DNA of 64,000 nucleotides from Pirellulales bacterium (GTDB lineage Bacteria; Planctomycetota; Planctomycetia; Pirellulales; PALSA-1355): NCBI GenBank assembly GCA_963733035.1, contig CAVTBU010000004.1, positions 192,001 to 256,000 of the forward strand, read 5' to 3'. Shown piece by piece: positions 56,625 to 64,000 of this stretch (position 1 is its first letter; each line of letters starts with the position of its first letter). The notes under the pieces were generated by a model. It saw only the letters and a program-made list of their open reading frames with translations, ran no database searches and was not told where the DNA came from. The position numbers and the translations under genes were made by a program.

Positions 56625-58049
56625 ATTGGCAACATCCTAGGGCTCGAGTGACGGTGTACGCCATCTTCATCGATCCAACCAGCGTCGTAGGGGATACCGT
56701 TCCGATATTCGATCAGCGGTAACGACTTTCGCTTTTTCCCTGGGATGAAGCTTGGCTCCGAAAAGAGTGAGCCGGGAAGGTACTTGCCCCACTCTTCTTC
56801 GGCCTGATTCCGGTACGTTTCGACTTGTGCTTTGGAAATCTTCTCGGTTTGACCCTTGCGTGGTCCGGCCACAAACTCGCGGGTCGCTCCCGAGAACAAA
56901 CCGGCTGGCCAAACGATGAAGATAGATCCATCCTTGGCAACGTAGTGATAGGTTTCGCGGTCAGCCTCTTGATAGTCAGGCTGCAAAACTCCGGCCGCTT
57001 GCAGTGCATCGCGAGCCGTCAAGTACACGGTAACAGCAGCCATTGCTCTGCCGGTCGCTCGTCCCGTTCCGCCACGCGTGCGGCCGGCTCTCCGTATCGC
57101 CCTCGGTTCGGCTGCCGGCCCCTTGTGCGATACGGCTTCATGCACAGGCCGTCTGAACCAATTCCACGACTTTGGAGCCCGGAGGTCCTGCATGGTTCCA
57201 AACGTAGCCTTTGGGCCGTTGCCATTTGGGGTTACCCAGCTTTTTGCGCATGGCCGCATCTGTCGCTCGATTGTCAGCACCAGTTCCCGCCACAGCATCA
57301 ATCTCGACTTTGGCTCTACTTGCATTGCCCTCGTAGTAAGCCTCTGGAGGCAAGCCGCCGACTGCGACGTGCTGATTCTCGAAACGTACCTCCTTGCCGG
57401 CCAGCCCAGCTTTTTGGTTTTCGAGGGAGTCATTATAGCGAAAGACGCCATCGCCCTTTGCGCCTGAGACCCAGCTTCCCCGGTCTCGTGCGGGAAGTTG
57501 CGACTTTGTAGCGGGCGGCGGTGCCGAATCTACTAAAGCGTTGTCGGTCGTGACTTGTTTCGGTTTTGGTGCAGCATCACCAGTTTTGCCAGACCCACCT
57601 GCCCGACTCGTGGTTGCGAACCAATCGGCATTTGGTGGGCCGCCAAGACGCGGGTGCTTGGCCGGATCCCACTGAGCTTCCCGCAACGCCAGAGCCTCGA
57701 CAAGTCGCTCGAATCGCGCTCGTGCTTCCCTCGCCTCCGCTTCGTTGGCGAGCTGCAGCCGCAGTTCGCGCTCATGCCTTTCGGAGATGTTGGCCAGCTA
57801 TTCCAATCGCGACCGTTCTTCCTTCGCATGACGTTCTTGCTCCGCCAAGGAGCGCCGTTTCTCCTCGCGCTCTGAAGAAACCTTCGCAAGCCATTCCAGT
57901 TGCTTACGTTCGGCGCGTTCATCGGATTCGCCGCCAAAAGTGCCCTGGACCGTGTTGCCGAGTAGGGACTGCGCAAACAACCAAGTCGCGTCCGGCGTTT
58001 TTCGGGTGGTATAAATGTAAATGCAGCTACTGGCGACATTTTGGCCCAT
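56621..58049 (-). pseudogene. Polymorphic toxin-like gene with an HNH/EndoVII (WHH-like) nuclease; in-frame TAG at 57798-57800 and frameshift near 57150
   Basis: Coiled coil, WDPAKHPRLGGPPNADWF, then GYVWNH...VELV..PVHEAVSHKG. Confidence 0.7.
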
Positions 58050-58344
58050 GAAACCACTCCTCCGTGCGAGAACACAGACGCCAAGTGGCGCCGGATTACG
58101 GCAAAGAAGCCTGCCCGAATGAACAAACGTGAGCTTAGCCAAAGCGGTGGCCATATTTCGAGTCCCAATTCTCCACGCGCAACGTCATCGCGCGTGGACT
58201 CATCGAATCCGGGAGCGATACGCGACGCGCAGGAAACAAGCCTCAAGGACAAGGACTCCGTATCAGACAGGGACGTCAACTTGATTCGCAAGTCCTTCGG
58301 CAGTAAGAGGAAGCGGCGTAGGTCAAGCCCTGATACCACTCAGG

Positions 58345-58422
58345 AAAAGTTCAATAGCCGTCAAGTCGCCCCGATTATCTTTAAAAGAAGCTCTTCGGCG
58401 TGTTTACCGAAGGGCTTCTTTT
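58345..58422 (+). repeat. tRNA-Pro-3'-like junction relic plus hairpin
   Basis: AAAAGTTCAATAGCCGTCAAGTCGCCCCGA, then AAAAGAAGCTCTTCGG...CCGAAGGGCTTCTTTT. Confidence 0.7.
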
Positions 58423-58838
58423 CCTTAGTTTTCCACGATTCTTATCGCTTGGCTTAGTTCAAACTGAGGACACGCTTTCAAGGGGTGAATTTCGCCTCTG
58501 GCCGTAAACCCCTGCGGCAATTGGGTATTCATTGGTTCAAACGGTGAGGAGGTCAATTACGCCATCCGCGACTCGCATTGTCGGTTCGCGTTCGACTATG
58601 TCAAAGATGCGTCGATGCCGCAACCGAGGTGAGATGAAGCGGTCGCCCCGGCGCTCAGGACACGCCCAACTTGCGCAGCGCTGTTCTGACGGGTTGGAAA
58701 TGGAGGGCGCGAGTTCGACGACGCATTGCTCCCCAATCTTCGGCCATTCTACTGTCAGACCGACCGAATCTGCCTCGGTATGTCGAAGCGCATTATGGTC
58801 TCCGTCGGCATTGCTTCTAACCATGGAGTTGATGACAC

Positions 58839-59921
58839 TTGTCCGAAGGAGAAGGTCCATTGGACGCGTTGCTATACAGAATCGGAATTGAGCTGCCGAT
58901 CATTCAGGCTCCGATGGCGGGGGTTTCGACGCCGGAGATGGCGGCCGCCGTGTCAAATGCCGGAGGGTTGGGTTCCATCGGAGTGGGATCAGTCGATGCC
59001 GCGATGACACGGAAGATGATCGCCGTGGTTCGATCCCGCACCGATCGCCCTTTCCACGTGAACGTGTTCTGCCACAGGCCGGCGGTTTCGGACGTTGCGC
59101 GTGAGGCCGCGTGGATTGCGCGGCTGGCGCCAGAGTTCAGGCGGTACGGGGCGAAGCCGCCGGCACGGCTGTCGGAAGTTTACCAGAGCTTTCTCACCGA
59201 TGATGGCAAGCTGGCAGTTCTACTGGAGGAAAAGCCGGCGGTCGTGAGTTTCCACTTCGGCTTGCCGGCGAGCGATCGGGTCGAGGCGCTCCGTGCGGCA
59301 GGAATTATTCTGCTGGCGACAGCAACAAATCTCGCTGAGGGGAAGGCGATTGCCGCCGCGGGGATCGATGCAGTCGTCGCGCAGGGATATGAGGCAGGCG
59401 GCCATCGCGGCATCTTCGATCCGGACGGACCAGATGATCAACTTGGGACATTGGCACTAACACGACTGCTGGTGAAGGAACTCGACATCCCGGTCATTGC
59501 GGCTGGGGGGATTATGGATGGGGCCACCGTGGCCGCGACGCTCGCGCTGGGTGCAGCCGCCGCACAGCTCGGCACGGCGTTCGTTGCTTGTCCTGAATCG
59601 ACCGCCGATACGAGCTACCGAGCGGCGCTCCTCGGCGCTCCCGCGGAAAACACGGTGATGACGCGGGCAATCTCGGGCCGCCCGGCCCGCTGCCTCGCCA
59701 ACAGGTTCACTGCGCTCGGCGCGGGCGTAGAAGACGAACACATTCCGGATTATCCGATCGCTTACGACGCCGGAAAGGCGCTGCACGCTGCTGCGAAAGC
59801 GCAGGGCGAATTTGGGTATGGTGCCCAGTGGGCCGGTCAAGGCGCGCCGCTCGCCCGTTCGTTGCCCGCGGCAGAGTTGGTCGCCCAGCTTCGGAATGAG
59901 ATGAAGCAGACTCGGGACTAA
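58839..59921 (+). CDS. Nitronate monooxygenase family flavoprotein
   Basis: PIIQAPMAG, VSNAGGLGS, VSFHFG, QGYEAGGHRG, IAAGGIMDG, QLGTAF, WAGQG. Confidence 0.95.
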   Translation: MSEGEGPLDALLYRIGIELPIIQAPMAGVSTPEMAAAVSNAGGLGSIGVGSVDAAMTRKMIAVVRSRTDRPFHVNVFCHRPAVSDVAREAAWIARLAPEFRRYGAKPPARLSEVYQSFLTDDGKLAVLLEEKPAVVSFHFGLPASDRVEALRAAGIILLATATNLAEGKAIAAAGIDAVVAQGYEAGGHRGIFDPDGPDDQLGTLALTRLLVKELDIPVIAAGGIMDGATVAATLALGAAAAQLGTAFVACPESTADTSYRAALLGAPAENTVMTRAISGRPARCLANRFTALGAGVEDEHIPDYPIAYDAGKALHAAAKAQGEFGYGAQWAGQGAPLARSLPAAELVAQLRNEMKQTRD

Positions 59922-59925
59922 TGGC

Positions 59926-60144
59926 CTACGGGGGCGATGGTGCTTCAGCCTGCCGGCGGTACTCAGGAGCTGGCAGGCCGCCGACGCCCCAATTCTCAAG
60001 CTCCACCTCCTGGATGATCACGAAGGTCAGTCCCGGTGGCTTATTCAACACATCTGCCAGCAGACCAGTCGCACCTTTGATAATAGCGGTCTTCTGCTCA
60101 CGCGTCGCCCCTTCGCGGGTGATTTGAATCGTGACGATCGGCAT
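59926..60144 (-). CDS. 4-oxalocrotonate tautomerase family protein
   Basis: Catalytic Pro1 (MPIVTIQITREG) and EVELENWGVGG. Confidence 0.92.
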   Translation of the reverse strand: MPIVTIQITREGATREQKTAIIKGATGLLADVLNKPPGLTFVIIQEVELENWGVGGLPAPEYRRQAEAPSPP

Positions 60145-60175
60145 CGTAATGCTCCGTCGATGATTTGTATACGGT

Positions 60176-60892
60176 CTACCAGCGTCCCGCATGCGCGCCG
60201 CCGTCGACGTGCAAGGTCTCGCCGGTCACGAACTGGGCTGATTCCAGGTAGAGCACCGCCTCGACGATTTCCGCGATCTCGCCCATCCGCCCCAGTGGAT
60301 GCAGGCCGGCGAGGAACTTGTAAGTCTCGGGCGAATGCATCGGCGTTTTGATGACGCCAGGGGCAACCGCGTTAACGCGGATCCCATGATCGGCATATTC
60401 AATCGCCAGCGACCGCGTGACGGCGTCGAGCCCGCCTTTGGTCAGCGACGCCAACGCCGAGGGCACTCCCTTCACCGGCTGGCCTACGAGTGTGGTCGTC
60501 AGGTTGACAATGTGGCCGCCGTTTTGCTTCAACATCTGGCGAACAGCGTGCTGGGAAACGGAGAAGAATCCCCCGAGATTGAGCGACACCATACGCTCAT
60601 AGTCTTCCGGTGTGTACTCCGTGAATGGTTTGGCTACAAACATCCCGGCATTGTTGACCAACGTGTCCACGCGGCCGAACTTCGCGACCGCCTCGCTGAT
60701 CACTCTCTCAGCGATAGCCGGGTCCGAGATGTCGCCGGGAACGGCCTGCACGTCTGCCGAGGCGTCAGGCTTGATCGATCTGGAATTGGCGGCAACGCGA
60801 TAGCCACGGTCGAGAAACCCGCGAACCAGCCCCGCCCCAATCCCCTGTGATGCGCCGGTGATGACGGCGACTTTCTGATCGCTGCTCAACAT
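60176..60892 (-). CDS. Short-chain dehydrogenase/reductase
   Basis: ITGASQGIG, LVNNAG, IRVNAVAPG, TGETLHVDGG. Confidence 0.95.
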   Translation of the reverse strand: MLSSDQKVAVITGASQGIGAGLVRGFLDRGYRVAANSRSIKPDASADVQAVPGDISDPAIAERVISEAVAKFGRVDTLVNNAGMFVAKPFTEYTPEDYERMVSLNLGGFFSVSQHAVRQMLKQNGGHIVNLTTTLVGQPVKGVPSALASLTKGGLDAVTRSLAIEYADHGIRVNAVAPGVIKTPMHSPETYKFLAGLHPLGRMGEIAEIVEAVLYLESAQFVTGETLHVDGGAHAGRW

Positions 60893-61196
60893 GATTCTCC
60901 TGCAAGTGCCTGCGTTAGCCAGAAGGATACGCCGCACCGGCCGCAGTGAAATCAGACTTTGGTATTAGGTCGCCGCTCCAATACCTAAGTCCAATAGTCC
61001 ACCGTCACCACACCCTCTACCCTTCACTCACCGTCACTTGAGGACAACGTAGGGAGACAGGAATCGCGAGCCTCAAATCTTGACGCTTGCCTTCGGTGAG
61101 TTTCAAGGTAAATGGCTCCGCGGCAACGGGGCCTTGGTTCAGGAGCGCGTGGCAGCGTTTGGCAGGCCGGTGTGCTTGATCAAATGGGGAAACAGC

Positions 61197-62771
61197 ATGG
61201 GACCCGCAAACGATGGGAACTCGGATGGCGCTGGGAAGGTCGACTCACACCTCCCCGATGGGATGGCGACCGCAGCGAACCCCAGTCAGCCAACGGTTCG
61301 TGTGCCTACCGCACCGGCCGAGCAAGTCACGGATTCGGATAAATCTGTGGCCACTCCAATAACCCGCGCATTGCGCCAGTCGTCGCGCCGATGGCGCAGT
61401 TGGCTGATTTTGGCAGGGATTGTGACCGGTGTGGTGGCGGGAACATACGTCTCGATTCCATTCATGCTGACCGCGCTGAACACGGTTTCCACCGATGACG
61501 CCTATGTCAATGGTCACGTGACCTTCGTCGCGCCCAGAGTCGCCGGGCACGTAACCACGGTTCTGGTGGACGACAATCAGCGTGTGAAAAAGGGAGACTT
61601 ATTGGTCCAGCTCGACAAGGAGCCCTACCAGGTTCAAGTAAACATCAAGACGTCCGCGGTATTGGCAGCCAAGCGGGAACTGGCAACCGCCATGGCCCGG
61701 GCGCGCGGGCTGGCCGCCCAAGCCCGCCGGAGCCGTTTCAAGCTCGATCACGTGATGGAAGACGTGCGCAACCAGATCGAACTGCTGAAATCCAACGTCG
61801 CACAACTGAAGGTTGAGGAAGCGAACTTAGTGCTCGCCGAGAAGGACTACGCGCGGGGGGAGAAACTCATTTCGAAGGGAGCGATTAGCCAGCAAGAGCT
61901 TGACCAATACAAGGCCACGCTCGAAGTGGCAATCAATCGCGTAAGCAGCGCCAAACAATCCATTCAGCAAACGCGTGTGGGACTTGGTCTGCCGATTAAC
62001 CATGCAAACCCGTTGGATATCCCACAGGATCTGGATGAGAATTCGTCGGTCGTGCAGGAGGCCTTGGCAGAACTCTACGCCAACGTCACGCAGTTGGGTT
62101 TCACTCCGCCGACCTGGATCGCGACTCCGACGAAGGTCAAGGCCGACTTTTACTCGCAGGATCCGGAAAAGAATCTGGACCGAATCTTCGAGCGGCTGAT
62201 CCCCCAATCGCCGGCCGTCAAGCAGGCGGAGGCCAAGGTCGCTCAAGCTGAGGACGACCTGGCTCAGGCCCAGTTGAACCTCCGCTACTGCGACATTGTG
62301 AGCGACATCGACGGCCAGGTCACCAGCCGCAACGTCAACCCGGGAAACTACGTCCAAATTGGGCAAAGCCTAATGGCCGTGCGATCGCTGACGGAGATTT
62401 GGATCGATGCGAACTTCAAGGAAACACAATTAGCCAAGCAGCGCATCGGTCAGCGCGTGCGGTGCGAGGTCGACATGTATGGAAGTCGGCGAGAGTTCGA
62501 GGGCCGCATTACAGGGTTCACCATGGGGACTGGCACAACTCTCGCGCTGCTTCCGCCGCAGAACGCGACGGGCAATTTCGTCAAGATCGTTCAGCGACTG
62601 CCGGTCCGGATTGAGCTCGTGGACTACGATCCCGAAAAGAGCCCTCTGTTCATCGGCCTGTCGGTCGTGCCCTACGTGTACGTCAAGGAGCCCCCCACGG
62701 GGCCGCACGCCGGGGAACTCTTGCAACCGTTTGCCACTCTCCCACAAGGTCCAGTGGCCCCCAAACCCTGA
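61197..62771 (+). CDS. EmrA/HlyD-family efflux periplasmic adaptor (start uncertain)
   Basis: TM anchor, STDDAYV, ANFKETQL, LLPPQNATGNFVKIVQRLPVRI. Confidence 0.95.
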   Translation: MGPANDGNSDGAGKVDSHLPDGMATAANPSQPTVRVPTAPAEQVTDSDKSVATPITRALRQSSRRWRSWLILAGIVTGVVAGTYVSIPFMLTALNTVSTDDAYVNGHVTFVAPRVAGHVTTVLVDDNQRVKKGDLLVQLDKEPYQVQVNIKTSAVLAAKRELATAMARARGLAAQARRSRFKLDHVMEDVRNQIELLKSNVAQLKVEEANLVLAEKDYARGEKLISKGAISQQELDQYKATLEVAINRVSSAKQSIQQTRVGLGLPINHANPLDIPQDLDENSSVVQEALAELYANVTQLGFTPPTWIATPTKVKADFYSQDPEKNLDRIFERLIPQSPAVKQAEAKVAQAEDDLAQAQLNLRYCDIVSDIDGQVTSRNVNPGNYVQIGQSLMAVRSLTEIWIDANFKETQLAKQRIGQRVRCEVDMYGSRREFEGRITGFTMGTGTTLALLPPQNATGNFVKIVQRLPVRIELVDYDPEKSPLFIGLSVVPYVYVKEPPTGPHAGELLQPFATLPQGPVAPKP

Positions 62772-62808
62772 CCGGCATCAGACTCCTGCCGCCAAGGGAG
62801 TGCGCATT

Positions 62809-64000
62809 ATGAGCAGCGTAGCAGTTGCCCCGGCCGTCGTCAGCCGCCCAGCGGCCAATGCTTGGTTCGTCGCTGCTGCCGTGATCATCCCCACGTTTAT
62901 GGAGGTCTTGGATACGACGGTTGCGATTGTCTCGCTACGGTACATCGCGGGCGACCTGTCGGCGGCAGTGGTCGATGCCGAATGGGTCCTCACGTGCTAC
63001 CTCGCCGCGAACGCCACCATCCTGCCGATCTCGGGTTGGCTCTCGGCCCGCCTGGGACGCCGAAATTACTTCCTCACATCAATCGCCGTCTTTACCATCG
63101 CCTCTGCGCTGTGCGGCATGGCGACCAGCCTATGGCAAATCATTTTGTTCCGAATCATTCAGGGGCTGGCTGGCGGTGGTCTACAGCCATCCAGCCAGGC
63201 AATCTTGATTGACAGTTTCCCACCCGAGAAGCAGGGAATGGCGATGACGATGTTCGGCATCGCGGCCCTAACGGCACCAGTCGTCGGGCCGACGCTTGGT
63301 GGGTACCTCTCCGACTATCACAGTTGGCGTTGGATCTTTTACATCAACATTCCGATCGGCTGCGTCGCGTTCTTGATGAGCTACTTCCTCGTCGAAGATC
63401 CGGACTACCTCAAGCAGGAACGTGCCCGACTGTGGCGAATGCCGCTCAACTTCGACTACGTCGGCCTGGCTCTCTTGGCGCTGGTCGTGTCCGCGTGGGA
63501 AGTACTGATCACCAAGGGCCAGGAGTGGGACTGGCTGGGCGATCCGTTTGGAAAGGTGCAGACGCTGCTGCTCGTATTCGTGCTAGGAGGCGTTTGCCTG
63601 GTCGTCTGGGAGATGCGCAGAAGCAACCCCGTGGTCAATTTCAGGCCGCTGAAGGAGCGCAATTTCTGGGTGTGCTGCATCATCATTTTTTTCGCATACG
63701 CCGTGCTCTACGGCGCGAGTACGTCGCTGCCGGGACTGCTCCAGTCGCTGTTTGGGTATGACGCCTATCGCTCGGGTTTGGTCATGTCCCCGTCGGGCTT
63801 TGCGTCGGTCTCCATGTTGCTGATTTGTGGTGCCTTGCTCGGCCGAGGCTTTGACGCCCGGTGGTTGATCGGAGTGGGGCTGCTCGTCGTGGCGGCCGGT
63901 GCGTACTGGATGTCGGTGATGACGCTCGAAATAAGCCCGTGGCAGGCGGTCTGGCCGCGCGTGGTCCTGATCGCCGGACTGGGGATGGCCTTTGCCCCAA
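62809..64000 (+). CDS. DHA2-family (EmrB/QacA) MFS efflux permease, runs off the window edge
   Basis: Manual translation: PTFMEVLDTTVA...ISGWLSARLGRRNYF...RIIQGLAGGGLQP...APVVGPTLGG...WRWIFYINIPIG. Not in the ORF track. Confidence 0.93.
   Translation, partial: MSSVAVAPAVVSRPAANAWFVAAAVIIPTFMEVLDTTVAIVSLRYIAGDLSAAVVDAEWVLTCYLAANATILPISGWLSARLGRRNYFLTSIAVFTIASALCGMATSLWQIILFRIIQGLAGGGLQPSSQAILIDSFPPEKQGMAMTMFGIAALTAPVVGPTLGGYLSDYHSWRWIFYINIPIGCVAFLMSYFLVEDPDYLKQERARLWRMPLNFDYVGLALLALVVSAWEVLITKGQEWDWLGDPFGKVQTLLLVFVLGGVCLVVWEMRRSNPVVNFRPLKERNFWVCCIIIFFAYAVLYGASTSLPGLLQSLFGYDAYRSGLVMSPSGFASVSMLLICGALLGRGFDARWLIGVGLLVVAAGAYWMSVMTLEISPWQAVWPRVVLIAGLGMAFAP

Noticed and set aside
58532..58860. Regulator gene upstream of nitronate monooxygenase
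   Set aside because: No convincing HTH or family motif in either ORF.

Overview
This GC-rich bacterial window is most consistent with a planctomycete (LEDRRLL-type export motif, ECF sigma plus Ser/Thr kinase pair, CsrA-receiver fusion, PEP-CTERM and dockerin proteins, DUF1501 fragment). After the 5' part of pyrF comes tRNA-Pro(GGG) (575-649). Its 3' 42 bp and downstream hairpin recur at 55515-55624, bracketing a ~55 kb island in which I see no intact integrase. Four further degenerate tRNA-Pro-3'-like junction motifs (16777, 20392, 37462 inverted, 58345) lie at or near cargo-block borders, so the region looks like a tandem integration hotspot. Blocks: (1) 1.2-16 kb, a stress/signalling cassette (HtrA, YfdX-like, HPD-less J protein, NtrC-type two-component system, CheB-CheR-PAS hybrid kinase, CsrA-REC, HPF/sigma fusion) with several sigma-54 promoter motifs; (2) a SWIM zinc-finger protein; (3) a ~3650 aa surface protein plus a PEP-CTERM protein, divergent from an ECF sigma and a WD40 Ser/Thr kinase; (4) the best novelty candidate, 38.8-54.4 kb: a CE4 deacetylase, two ~2160 and ~2400 aa proteins with no recognisable domain or signal peptide, and a lysozyme-like protein; (5) a decayed HNH-type polymorphic toxin with an intact SMI1/KNR4 immunity gene; (6) nitronate monooxygenase, tautomerase, SDR and EmrAB-type efflux. 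At least six genes carry single-base frameshifts, some in homopolymers and probably assembly errors; they are reported as joined genes. All family assignments are from motif recognition by eye, not database searches.
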